This document shows positions 13,330 through 26,994 of a DNA stretch of 64,000 nucleotides, piece after piece (the stretch's first letter is position 1; each line of letters starts with the position of its first letter). The position numbers and the translations under genes were made by a program. Under the pieces are notes generated by a model that had not been told where the DNA came from, made no database searches, and saw only the letters and a list, made by a program, of their open reading frames with translations. The stretch is from NCBI GenBank assembly GCA_973895155.1, contig OZ316898.1, positions 3,844,480 to 3,908,479 of the forward strand, in the 5' to 3' direction. This stretch comes from Marsupella aquatica (taxonomy: Eukaryota > Plantae > Marchantiophyta).

Positions 13330-15719
13330 ATAAGTCCAACAGTGAGTTAGGTGATCTAGGATTAGTTGTAACTACTAGTCACTTGGTTTGAGCAATCCTT
13401 TCCACTGTGTGTAATGAGATCCATGGATCAACCATTGCTTGCTACATTGATACAGACTGAAGTTTCCCATGTGGAGATAGCGGGGGAGATAGCAAGCAAG
13501 AGTGCAGTATTTGACTTGCCAACTATTTAAAGTACTTCAGTTTTATCAGCTGCAAATGTACACTAGGAAAGCGAGGGAAAGGGCTACCTATGAGGTGGTC
13601 AAATTTGTATCATAAAACAGCATTATTCAAGGATTAGGAGACATCACTTCCGCTTGAGGAATTGCCTTGTCCACAATGTGTAGTTTTGCTCTGTTACCAC
13701 CTTTGAGTAAGTTGTGCAAGTTTTGAAAACCCCTGGCTTCTGTTCTTGTATTTTAGATCAAGTTATGTTGTTTCATGCATTGTCACTACCCTGCTCCCCC
13801 CCCCGCCCCAAGACAATGCATTGGATAGTATTCAAATGTGACCAGGAAACTATGTGATGAGAAGTGGTTTATTTGTTTTAGGTAGAGTAGAACCCTAATT
13901 AAGAAACAGATACATGTTGAATTGAAGAAAGCATTTTCTTTGGATAAAATTAGGTCGTGGTCATTGTTAAGATCCCTGAACTCCAAACACAACTCAGATT
14001 TACAAAGCTAATTACCAAATTTAAATATAACCGCATTCTGGCCAAACAGAACACCCATCCAAAACTGAAGACTTGCCTTGCAAAGGTCATACACCAATTT
14101 CAATGACAACACTCATACATTACATTCAGACAGAACACTCATCCTGCCTTGAGTACAAACATAGTACATGTACACTGCACTGTTTGGGGATACAATAGTC
14201 TATTGAGTCCGGAAACAGAGTGTGTATGTGTAGGGTAACCCGCCCCCTACAGGAATCATGGCCAGTCTGCAATCCCTGAGGGAGTTCAGTCAGAGTGAGT
14301 TACAAGCAATGCCACATACAGTGCGTAAACCCCATACAGTGCATAACCCCACAAGTGAATATTGGAAAAACTATGCTTAGGGAGAGTTGCAAACCTGATC
14401 TGTGCCAGTGAGATTTTAAAAAGGGAATTCAGAAACCTGGCTGGCAAGAAGGCTATGGCCCCAAACCTTCAATGTAAATACAAAGGGAGATTCACAAGGA
14501 GGGTTTTGTGAAGGATGACCCAAGGCCTGGAGAAGCTTAAAGCCCACAGTCTGTTTGTGGCCCTCAAACAGGATATGCGTTAACAAGCATAGCCCAAGAC
14601 TCCCATTTCACTTAAAATTATGAAACTTTGAGACTTGACAAGGCTGGCTGGGGATATGAGACTTGGAACCCTTACCCAGGCTGGCCTAGCAGTTACAGCA
14701 GGGGACCACCCCTGAAACTACAAAGGACACAAAAAAAAGGAGGAGGTAATTGTAGGCATATTCAAACAGAGTGTTTATGGGCTGTGTACATTGAAGAGGT
14801 CTATTAGGGTGTGTCAAAGCATGGCAGTAAGTTAGTTATGGCCAGGGACATCAAGCAATTTTATGGCCAGCACAAAACTCCCTACAGGATACCCATACAC
14901 GTGCCCCATCAAGGCTCAGACATCCAAAAATCGAGCCAAAAACGGATTGTTCATAGGGTAGATGTCCATCCATTCATGCATGCATCACTTGAACCAGTAT
15001 AGCATTTTTGTTTCAAATTTATGGTCATCCATCAATGAAAATTTTTGATTTCCAATTTGGATTATCACAGTGTCTAGCAAAGTCATGGTCCACTGAAGAA
15101 GACAATGTTTCTTTGACACCTCAAACCTCTTATGTGATACTCTCCTGGGGAACTGCTAGAAGTTTGCAAAGCTTGTGACAGTCAGGGATGTACAAAAAGC
15201 AGCTCATGGCTTTGCAAGAAAGAGTCCAGCTTGATCATAATCTCAGGTTTTTTTTTCACAGCTAATGCCGGCTCACATCTACTCCAGATTTCAAAAGGTT
15301 CTCCAGTCAATCAAGCAACATCTGGGAGGACATCTACATAAAAATGAGAGAAGGTGCAAATCCAAAGTGGCAATCCCAACACTCCACACAGTTCCTTTTG
15401 CTTGTCTATCCATGTCCTGCAACTGCTTGTTGATTCTTCTTTTTTACACCTATATAGTATGCAACTGTGTCATATTTGTCACCAGCTGCAAGTAAATCAG
15501 GATAAGTCATAACAACTCTTTACAGGAGCAGTTAAAACTACTGGAAATGGCAGGTATACAAATGTAGGACATCAAGTTCTCTTATGGCCATCCTTTGACA
15601 TGCCCTATTGCTACCAGTTCAGCATAGCCTTGGTGTCTGGGACAGAATGGGTTAAGGGAGTGTTCCATCAGCCCTACAAAAAGTAAGAATTTTATCCTCC
15701 GGAAATCTTGAGTTTTCTG

Positions 15720-16130
15720 CTACTGCGACCCTCGAGTTTATAAGCCCCAGAGTGTTATTCAGCAAACCGTTTCTCAGCCAGTGGATGGCTAGGTTGTTTT
15801 AAGACGGTGGGTTGTATTAAGGCAACCCTCAAGTTTCCAAGCCAGAGTGGATGGGCAGCAAGGATTCGTCTGTTATATCAGGGCAACCCTAAAGTTGTGC
15901 AGCAAGAGTGGACGGGCAACAAAGCGTTTCACTCTGCTTTTACTGCCCTCAACTGCTTCAGAGCTTTCCACTCTTGCTTCTAGTGCCCTCAACTACTTCA
16001 GTGCAACCCTCAAGTTTCTAAAGGCCTCAACTCCTTCAGGGCAACCCTCAAGTTTCTAAGCAAGAGTGGATGGACAAATTCCTTCCACCGACAGCATTTA
16101 GTGCCCTCTACTCCTTCAGGGCTGATGGAT
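15720..16130. repeat. Degenerate local repeat cluster (GGCAACCCTCAAGTTTC...GAGTGGATGG and GTGCCCTCAACT.CTTCAG modules)
   Basis: Modules recur about 5 times, e.g. near 15821, 15881, 16002 and 16040. Confidence 0.55.
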
Positions 16131-16673
16131 GAGTGCCCATACTTTCATGGAAGGGACAAACCATCAGTTCTTAAAACAATGACTTCACCACAAAATGTTG
16201 CCAAGGAGTAGAGGATTGCTTTGAATAACAAGAGACGAAGAATACTGCTGCACTGAACATTTTTTGAGACAGCGGAAATTTACATTGCACCCAGCACCCG
16301 ACGATCTGGTGGAGCTGTTCGAGGGACAATTAATCTACAGGGTCTATATTTCCCTCGACTATTTCATTGGGGACAAGCTACATAGCACTCAAGAGAACGT
16401 GTTCGACACTTCGGGGAACAAATGGAGCGTCGCTACAGATGAGTACCACCTCTTCAAAGATGCGTCCTAACTAATGTTTCTAGAGTCGATGTGTACAGAT
16501 TTAGAAATGAGAAGAAACCTCAGATGTATAGACACGCATCCACCTATTAGCTACATTCCTGTCCAAGAGTCGGACATCATTGTCACACTTTCCATCCGGT
16601 CATTCCCAATGAGTTTCTCTACTTTGCGGACAAAATTGTTGGTGGAGGAAATGGAATCGGCATCATGAATCGA

Positions 16674-19600
16674 TCATACGTAGTAGACCATACCAACCTG
16701 CAGGAGGCTTTCGTGGGGCACACTGTAGATGGCGTTACTCTCTCTGCAGGTCTTCCTCAGAAAAGCGTAGATCCAGTTGATGGCAATTTTCTTGATGATG
16801 CCAGAGCTTTTGCGGGCCTTGATTTGGATATTGCCAAGGAGGTACACTACCCCTGTGTCCATGTTCTTCTTGAGCAGCTCCACTTCATTCACGCTGTCTT
16901 CCCCAATCTCCCCCACAGAAAGTTCCTCTGGAAGGCTCACCGTGATACTTGGGGGCCGACCACTTCGGGGACGTTGGTGGACTCGAAAGCCCAGTTCCTC
17001 GGGAAAATTCGCTGATGAAGCAACCGATTGCAGTTCAGGACTTGAAATCCCGTTGGAGTTCTGGTTAGCGTTCTCTCTATGCTGCCCCATGGTGGAATTG
17101 TTGCTCGTTAAGTGCTGCTGTAAAGCGGAGGAGCTACTGCTGCTCGTCGGAGGCAGGACAGAGGAGGAACTGTTGTTGTTCATTGGTTGCTGAAGCGGCT
17201 GGACAGGATCACGAACTTTGGGTGTACTTACACTGGTTGAAATTGATGTCCAGTCTCCCGGGATGGTGTCCTCACCCTCCCGTGCAGTTTCCACTTCTTC
17301 GTACTTCATGTACTGGGTGAGTTTGGCAATCAGCTCCTGCTCAAAGTCGTCATCCTTCTTGTGGAGGTCCATGTATCCGTACCTTGCGGCACACCGGAAC
17401 ATGGAGAAGCTCCTGGGACCTATGCGCTTCATGTGGAAACGTTCATACTGAGGTACGGTGTTGACCGGAAGATACTTGATGCACACGAAGACGAGAACGG
17501 AGTGGATGGCTGGAAGATTCGTGATGAAGTGGGAGAGAATGGGTGGAACTCCGTGAGCAAGATCTGTATACACCAGACCCACTCCAGGAACCCGGACCAG
17601 GCCAAGACCTTGACCAAGACCAAGCACCCACCCGACAGATACTTTGTTCTGGATTTCAAATTCATACCGCTTGATGGTTCCGTAGTGCCACACGTACATG
17701 ACGGTGAGAGCTGTCCCAGCTATGACTAGTGGCACCCATCCTCCTTGCTGTACTTTGTACAGCACTGCGGAGTAGTAGACCGACTCCACGGAGCCAAACA
17801 CTACCAGGAACAAGAGGGCTAGCCAGAAACTCTTACGCCAGACCACTATGATCACCAGAAACATAATGATTGTGGTGGACAGCATCACCCCCACCACGGC
17901 AATACCTACACCAAGGAACAAATCGAATTGGTTGTCAGACGAATATCCATCCGTGAAATCTTCAACACGGCTGACGTCAGAGTGAAATCTTCAACTCCGG
18001 TGGAATCCACAATCAACCATTACATGAACACTAGGGTACAGTAGGCCATCTCCATAAGGGTGAATCCTAGGTATCGTTGGGGTCCTCAAATCCTTAGTTT
18101 GGTAGGAACTTCGTGTTTTCTTGCTTTATGCACCCACCTCATACCTTGAGGGGAAAAACAAACAAATAACAGTATGCAAATCTCAAAGCTGTAGATGAGA
18201 GGCTAACTGCAAATCCTACGCGTTGTGCTAAGATCCTTGGTTTGGGTGGGATCTCCTCACGTTGTTTTCGGCACCCACCTCCCGAGGGAGACAGTAAACA
18301 CCAGTATGCAACAAATACGCGTTCACTAGAACTGACGACGCAACACACCTTCTGGTAGGTCTTCAGCTGGCACTCGAGAAGTGGAGAGTGGAGCCGTAAT
18401 GCATTTCTCGCAGAATTTAACCCTCAGGATTATTCAGTGGTGTAAATAAAGCTCACGCTCTCGTAGGATTCTGGCGAATCCTGGGTATTTTTCCGTCCTT
18501 ACTAAGTTTGCTAGGGAGTTGGTGGGTGCAAATCTTTTCCTAGGGAACGGCTAGGGACACATCTTCTAGGGTGTCTAGAAGCACATCTTAGACATCCTAG
18601 ACTAGCTGCAAAACAGACTAGTCTTGCATGTCGTCGGGTCCTTTTGTATTGGTACTCCTCCTTCCATCCCTCCTTGTGGCAGAAACCAATCACAAAAATA
18701 ACTATGCTATGATCTGCTGAAGGAATCTAGCAAAAGTTTACAACCAGACCTGTCTGGACATACATACCATAGGCATTGCCAATCTGTTCAGTATCCCTGA
18801 AGCCGGCTGTGATGATGAGGCAGAAAATCATGAGTAGCCAGTTGATCTCTGGTATGTAGACCTGACCTTGCAAACTAGCTGAAGTGTGGACGACCTTTAC
18901 ACGAGGGAAGCAGCCGAGTGCAGCTGACTGCTTCACAATAGAGAATGTCGCCGAGATGATAGCCTGGCTTGCAATTGAGGCGGCCACGGTCGCAAGGGCA
19001 AAAACAGGCCAATACAAAGGCTCTGCAAAAGCAAAGGTGAAACAAATATTAACATTACCTTACAAGTTGAAACTATCATCAGTTCAATCGATGTAAACCT
19101 CCGTACTCCAAACCAACTAACACAGTAAAGGAGAAAATAAATCTTTTCTCGCTCTCAAAACTGCGTACTTGGAAGTGAACTGTAGAATGCGTCCGTCACA
19201 TTGTCGGGATGGTCCATAAGGTAGGCGGCCTGGCCAAGATAAGCGAGGATCAGGGTCGGAAACACCAACACTGTGAACGCAAGCTGCACACCAACAAAGC
19301 AGGTTGTTGTTCAGTTGAAGTCCTTCTGTATTTAGATCTCCGGTAGTTCCATGAGTAATCCATTATCTCGCACTTGCTGTGGTTGTGATTCCATATACTG
19401 GAAATTACTTTGAACTCTCATTGCACCATCTCGAACTATGCCCTCATAACTCTGTTGATGATAGATTCGCCATGCCTCGCACCACCAAAGCACATTGACG
19501 GAGATAAAAAATTATAATCCAAGGGATAGGCATTGCAAACCCATAGAACTGTGGTCCCAAGAGAACACCTCTGGACTCCTGACCAGTGTAAACATTCACT

Positions 19601-22600
19601 CCGCCTTATGTCAGAAGGCATACATAAACCTCCATCTCCATTCTGGTCTTAAAGCGAATGCGGATGACCTACGTAAAGCACTTTTGCTCATGGTCCAAGC
19701 TCCGGCCAAGAGCTAGGATCTCTCCACTGAAGCATAAAGAGGAAAAATTCCATAAATAAATAACGAGAAAGAGATTGGCGTTGTCGTCGAGCAGAAGACA
19801 CGAGGAAATCAGACTACATCTGAAGACAAGTATTTGCTATTGGAATGAATGAATGAATGTTCTAAGGTCGACCCTATTGATGTAACACCCTTCGAACCAT
19901 TTTGACCTCCCATCCCCCCGCTTCTATTTGAGTACGTGAAGTTTATCGAAGCGGATTACTATCTCTGGACCCACAAGTATTACTTGCGTCAAAAGACAAA
20001 AGTAAAGGAATTGGTTAGTCAAACAGTCACCTGAATGGATCGCGCAGTAAAGTGGCCCAAGTCGGCATACAAGGCCTCCGTTCCTGCACCCAGGAGGACA
20101 GCCTGATCAGGGAGCGTGCACAACTTAAAGCAAAGGAAAATCTGATCACAAAACTAAGGATCGAAAGACTCTAAACTTGCCGGAAATTAACCTAAGAATT
20201 AGTCATTCCGTTGTGCTAATTACTTCAGAGGTGTATTCAAAACAAAGCATCGGACACATTCCATGTACTTACAACGCGGCAAAAAAATCTGACAAATCGT
20301 TGGTAACTCGGGACTTGCCTGTGATACAAAGTACAACTCCTCCCAATGATGACCACCCTCTTTGCTTGTTTCTGACCAGATAATGAAACGTATAATACGG
20401 AGAAAAAGCTCGAAATATCGAGGAGTCATGCTGTGCTATGTTGAAGATGCCGATGACGCCATTCGTCACGAACCACAGCATAACAACAGGAGCAAAGAAG
20501 ACTCCAATGTAGCCGGTCCCAAATCGTTGCATACTGAACAACAGTACCAATATTACCAACGATATAATGACCACCGCACCTGCAGACGCACCGACATTCT
20601 TGTATCGATTCAGAATTGCAGACTTCGCCGCAATTGCAGCTTTCAGCGTCAAAAACCCATCGCAGTAATGTGGCTGAAACTCTAGTGATTACCTACACGA
20701 CTGACGACGCCCAAGCTGTCCCTCAGAAGGAAGTTTATTTTTTATTCCTCAGACAAAAGTGACACAGATTCAGCTATTGACGTCATAAATTGAGGTTTAG
20801 AGCCAAAATTGAGAACTTACTCTGGTTAAGGTGAGATGAAGCCTTCTTAACTCCATCCACCGCAGATAGAACTAAAACACAAACGACGAGTTTAGCTGAA
20901 AATTTTCGGAAACCTCAGTGAGCAAGAGAATTAACGTGAAAAGACAACTCCATTCATCACTACTCGGAAAGAGAATATTGCTGTTCAACAAAATTGTATT
21001 AAACACAATAGACGGACTTTAAGCAGTCCATTGGGTACCTGAGATGGCGGGCGTTAGAATACCATCCCCGATGACCATACAAGTACTCAAGAGAACGAGT
21101 ATCAACAATATATTTTGGAGAAGCTTGCTTTTCTCCATGAGTCGCCTCACTTTGTAAGCATGCGAATTGGGCTCCGCTGGTTTGACGCTGTAACTGTGGA
21201 TTTCCTCATCCGATGGGTGACGACTGGGAAGAGAGCTGAAGTTACAATGTCGGCAGAGTAGGGAATACAAAGCAAATGTACCACCTGCAATTAGAACCAC
21301 CAACCAAGGCTTTGTAATGAATAGGAAGGCCCCTACAAGCACGTATTTACCTTTTCAACAGAAGCAAAGAAGTAGCACATTGCATTTGCTTTGAGAAGTA
21401 AGAGTGAGGACAAAGGGCTCGAAAGCACACACCTTCGCCATTGTCGTCCGCGTTGAGAACGATAAACATATACTTCACGAGCGGGATGAGTGAAATCGTG
21501 TAAATAATGAGCGAGAGAGCGCCGAGAATTTCTGATTCGTGCTCCTGATTGCTCGAAAACCCGTCTGGAAAAATACTCCGGAACACGTAGAGTGGCGAAG
21601 TCCCCAGATCACCATACACAATCCCCAGGCTTTGAAACGCTAACATCAGTAACATTCTTACCGGCATGACCTGCAGAAAACGTTATTGAGAACACACACA
21701 CACATGATGATTCGCGATTCTATTCTAGGGAAATTCGTAAACGTCCATCCCTCTCCGTCCCACCAAGAAAACCCACAAGGATGTTTTAGACTCCAGGTAG
21801 CAATTGCCAAAGATTTATCGACAACTTATTCCTAATCTCTTCAAATTGATGAAGCATGATCACAGTCTTTAACATTACACCTCAGACGTACCCCATGACT
21901 CAGAGGCTCTTCAATCCCTCACAGAACGCAGGCCGAAGGACTAGACGGACGTATCTATTTTGGTGGACAGAGCTCCGTGATTGCGTGATCGCCGCAATTC
22001 ACACGATTCTATGTGAGCCATGAAGGAGCGGCACTCCTGCTCTACTAGTATTGGTGGGTCAAGCTTAATGTCAACCTCCACGCTGGCTTCTACCTGAGAA
22101 CTGCTGCCACTCGTCCGGATGATCCGGCGGAAACCTTTACAAACAAGGAACACATTACGGTCTCGAGCGTTAACCGAGACACGCGCATTTGTCGTCATTC
22201 TGCGCATGGCTGCAAGCAATCAAGACCACAGACACTGGAAAAGTGTTGACGGGGTGAAATTCAGCACATAATCATGAGTCGCTTATCATCAAAAAACTTG
22301 GCAGCGGCACCACAAAGGTGCTGGAGATCAGGACGACTTTTTCTCCATGAAATAGGGACATTCCTCGCTACAGAAATGCACCCACTTCTCATGCGCTTCA
22401 AATGTTTGGCCTGGTGGTCGTAGGACTTGTCAATGACGGAGACCGTGCACCTTCATGTGTTCTGGTGTTGACAGTAGTGGGGTGTGCGGGTAGTTTGACT
22501 GTAGTGTGAGTTCCCCCTCTAAAGAGGAAACAGGGACACATCCAACAGTGCTACTAGCGAAGTCTGTCATGCTCGTTTCACCAAGACTTGGCTACTTTCT

Positions 22601-23244
22601 GGGTGGCGGTTCTCATGATAAGATGAATTGATACTCTAGAGAGACTTCCAACCGCCAAGTCACGTCAAGTCCTCGTATTCTGAGAGGGAAATGGAGTGAC
22701 CATAACAAGCAGACCACTTCTCACTTCTCCTCGAGTGAATTGTTAGAAGAGCGGACGACATTCGAATTCAATCGACCGTGAACGAAATAACGCACTCCGT
22801 CCAGTCCACCTCACAACGCAGATCTCTACGTTCCGAGTACCTTCTCAGGATTCGTGTGGGGGGCAGTGCACTGTACTGTAGTGAGAATAAACCGTCTCTT
22901 TCTCGCAGAAAAAACGAATTGCTGCTCACAGAACTGAGTTATGTAGGCAAATTGAAGCGAAGGGCATTGGAGGTCAAACTCCCCAAGGTTACTGCTGCCA
23001 CAACCGGATTGACCTCAAATTCATTCATTCATTAAATTTTCATTCCTTCCATGTACGGACAACACCAACCTGGAGCAAAGTACACTACCTTTTTCACATC
23101 ACTCATGGTCCGAACCCGCGTTGACTCAGGCCCCAGCGGTTGGTCCATCCGCTGGTCGATCGCCCACATTTTGCCGGGTGGCACTCCTTTCAGGGGTGGG
23201 ACTGTGAAATTCCCAGCCTCTTCATCGGTCTTTAACATGGCCAT
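16674..23244 (-). CDS. KUP: KUP/HAK/KT family potassium transporter (~868 aa, 9 exons), KUP9/10/11-like
   Basis: Exons 23244-23089, 21670-21433, 21284-21039, 20871-20821, 20579-20319, 20083-20031, 19283-19169, 19022-18768 and 17905-16674 total 2607 nt in frame. Signature motifs: [76 protein letters not shown]-terminal [11 protein letters not shown] and C-terminal [15 protein letters not shown] resemble the Arabidopsis KUP9-11 clade. Confidence 0.96.
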
Positions 23245-24067
23245 CCTGCTGCTGCCCTCCTCGTCCTACTCCAGTAAATCTTACCTCACCTCACGTCAGC
23301 AAGATCTCTGGAAGTAGTCGCTCTCTCTCCTTCACTCGACAAACTAACTTGCTGGAGGGCTCTAAAGGTCAACCATCACAGACTTCGTCCATTTCGACAA
23401 CCATCGAAAGGATTGATTTAGACTGCCCTTCTAGATAAAGCTCTCGATGTTTCTCCGTAGTTCCTCAGAGGAACTGCGATACACTACTAACTCCGTTTTC
23501 TCCTGCTGCTGGGCCTGTTTATGAAGCTGTTAAAGCGCTCTCCTGTTCGGCACAAAAACATCCCACGGCAGGAAGCTGTCCTCCTCCTCCTTGCCTTCTT
23601 GAAGCTCGGAAAACTCTCCAGTCCGCGATTGCTCGGCAATTGTTCTCTTCACTCCACGGCCAAGAACAAGAACATGAAGAAGCACCGCAATCGATGCTTC
23701 CCTCCTCGAAGTACACACTACAATTCGTGCAGCACCACGACAGCCCCAATTCTACCTGTTCCACAGACCCCTTCTCCAAACTCTCGAGAACCAAAACCAC
23801 ACCACGCTCTACACAAAGGACCAGGAGGAACCACAATTCGTCCTCGCCGCCTTTTGCCAGCTCTCTCGGTAGACGAAAACCACTCCACTCTGCACAATGT
23901 CTCCTCCACTTCCTGCTCGCCGACGAATTCCGTCGTCTCCCAACCCTCTCGACGCAACAGAAGAAGAAGATGACAACTAACACACAGCTGCCGTGGTAAT
24001 GTTGCTCCCAGCTCCGGATGAGGAACAGGAGCAGGAAAGGAATCCATTGCCCAGACATCCCGATCTC

Positions 24068-24074
24068 TTATATA
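24068..24074 (-). promoter_or_regulatory. Candidate TATA box (TATATAA) of the KUP gene
   Basis: Minus-strand TTTTATATAAGAG about 830 bp upstream of the KUP ATG, followed by a GA/CT-rich leader-like region. Confidence 0.4.
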
Positions 24075-25799
24075 AAACCCGCGTCTGGATTTTTCTTTCT
24101 CATTCGCCTCCCAATAAAATATTATTCGCTGCTTCTCCTCGGCGGGACCCAGCAGACTAAACTTGTCTGCGGCCTCTCGCGCTCTCCAAAAGATCCGCCT
24201 TCCGCTCTCTGCATCCGATGGTATGACACCATCAGCGTCAGTTGTCGAAACGACCGCTTCCCTGGGTCTTGTCCCTGCGACCCGGGCCACCTGATGAGAG
24301 TCCTGATCTTCCTCTGTTCCGGCCTTGAATGGATTTTCTACGCGATAAAGAGTAAGGATCTTTCAGCATCTCGTGATCAGCCAATGCGTCCCCAGTCGAA
24401 CGCCCGCCATCGCTCTGTCTCGAGTCTCGTCGCGCAAGCTCAGCTGAGGTAGGCCAAAGCCTCGAGAAACATCGAGACATCTTCCTCTCGACTGTTGCGT
24501 AATGTGGCGATGCTCATCCTCATACGTGGTACGACTGGTATATGCACTATGGAAACGTTCCGAGCCCGCATATGCACCAACGAAATTACGATAGCAAGTC
24601 TTCGACGAATATCGCGGCAGGAATCCTGATACATGAGAGAACTAGTATATGCTGTGTGGAAACATTCTGAACTTGAATGTGCACAAATGGAATTCCGATA
24701 GCACGTTTGGCTTATGTGTGGCCTTACTACTTGTGAGGCCACACGCCCCTCCAATGGATTTATATTGTTTCCAAGTCCTATGTCAGTGTGTTGCACTCTG
24801 CAACGAGAATAGGGCCTGAGCATTTATGGGACAACCTGAACACATATATGTAAGGGTGCACATTTTTTTCATCCAATGGTCAGGGAAAATAGCTCATTGA
24901 ATCAAAGGAAAAATAATCAATAGAATTTGTATTGGAAAAAGGAATGAAAAAACTCTGAGTAACTCAAAGGAAAAATAACCAATAGAATTTGTTATTTTCC
25001 TGCCCATGAGTTTTTTTTTATTGGAAAAAAGAATGAAAAAACGCAGGATGCCTTATTATAGTTGTAAATTGGCAATTTTGGCCAACATCTTGGGAAAAAG
25101 ATGGAGATGGACTATTTTCAAACATTGCTTTGAACTCCAAGAGTATATTTTTCTTTGTATGTAGGTCATGCTTTTGGTGCTGAAAATTTCTTTGTATAAA
25201 TGGTCATGCTTTTGGGGGCTGAAAGTTTATTCCATCCAAGCTGCAAGGATACAAACGTGGTCGCTTTAAACAAAAATTAACAAATTAAAAAAAGGTACAA
25301 ACGTGGTCCGTCCATCAGTTTCAATCTGGAATTAAATTCGCACAATTTGATATCATTTTTATCCCAGATTTCTTTTCGATTGACACAATTTGGTGTCATT
25401 TTTATCCCAGATTTGCACTGACTACCTATGCAAAAAAAGGAAGTGAGACTCTTTCGACCAAATTGGCTGATGCTCCTTCAATAGTGGAAGGGCTAAAGGC
25501 GCAGACTAGATAATTAGGTGACACACCTGTGTGTGGCATTATTTTCTCTATCTTAATGTCCTTGGTGATTTTCCTTTTATATTCTGCAATGCTTTCTTGG
25601 AGAAGAATGCACTTTCAAAATTTGGATCACTGCAAATGAGATTCTACTCCAGTTTTGCTACAATTAGTAAGAATAAAAATCTCTTAGACCTCCCAAAGTC
25701 TATTGAGATCCAGTTTCTATTGTATTATGGACAATAATAGTCTCTCAAAACTGGATAATAGCCCCTCAAAACTGGAGTTCTGTAAACAGGATAGTATTA

Positions 25800-26144
25800 T
25801 AGACACAAGTGACACAAAGACATGACATTTTTCTCACCTTGACATTTTATACTTTCTCATCTGGTCATCTTTTTCTCACCTTGACATTTTTATTTCACCA
25901 CCGACGATATCTTTCCCTCACACCCCGCCTCACACTCAACATCTTTTCTCTCCTCTACATCTTTTCCTCATCTTGACATTTTTTCTCATCTTGTCACCCT
26001 TTCTCTCCTCGACATATTTTTCTCACCTCAACCTCTTTTCCTCATCTCAATATTTTTTTCTCTCATATATTGACATTTGATTTCATTTTGACAATTTTTT
26101 TCTCACCTCAACATCTTTTGTGCAACACACAGGTATTGGGCTAG
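25800..26144 (+). mobile_element. Non-autonomous Helitron-like element 3' part with ~20-bp degenerate repeats (copy 2)
   Basis: Repeats like CTCACCTTGACATTTTTT end in hairpin tgtgcaacacaca (26119-26131), then ggtattgggCTAG (26141-26144) and T. This is the canonical Helitron 3' signature (subterminal hairpin, CTRR, insertion before T). Confidence 0.6.
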
Positions 26145-26994
26145 TACAATAGATTGGACAGTTGAACAAGATGTTCGAATGTAGTGCCAAAGTAGCATAG
26201 ATGATCTAAAATGCATTCTGTAATAAGATAACAGTTTTTCTTTGTATAAAGTAATGCTATCCTTGTTGGGTGCTAACAAGTGCTTGGTCTATTCCCCACA
26301 CTTTTTCCTTTTTAACCTTTTTAAAAGTACTTGGTTCATCGGAGTTGTGGGAGCATAAGTTGTCTTGTGGTCCACCAGAGCATCAAATAGCATGGATGAC
26401 CATTTGGTACAGAGACCTGTCACTTTGCCCTTTCCAATGAAAGATGGTCCAAGATGGTATTTCAGAGAATGAGAATTCTTAGAGTGTAATTTTCATCACC
26501 ATCTCTGTCAAGTATTGGAAGGGTGTAATTCTCACAACCATCCCTCTCAACTGTTCTTAAGGGGGCTTTACAGAACCAGACAACAAACATTGACCGGTCA
26601 CCATTCATATCAAGTGACCAGTCAACTTTACTTTACATGAGATTGATATGTCAATTGTACATCTTACATGCACTGCAGTAGGATGTCCCCCAAAATATTA
26701 TGTAGACGTTTTGGCCAAAGTTGAGATGGTATTTTGAATGAACTCTAAGTCTCTTCTGATTGAAGTCAATCTCGATCTTGTTTAATATATATCCAATATT
26801 AAATGCATTATCTGATCACCTTTTTTGTCAGCACATAGTCTAGATGGACCTGTGCCGAGTGCAATGCTCGTGACTATCCCTAACAACTCAGCTCTTTTCA
26901 CGGTACATGTTACATCATTTCAGGCATATCATGTTTTAAATAATATTTTCGCTAAAGATGTGATTTTTCAATCTTTGTTCTGTATCATACTACA

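Noticed and set aside
23519-24823. Stacked 120-190 aa ORFs upstream of KUP
   Set aside because: GC-rich promoter/leader sequence open on both strands, with low-complexity translations and no motifs.
24900-25420. Several adjacent 12-50 bp local duplications
   Set aside because: Ordinary slippage or TE debris with no defined boundaries.
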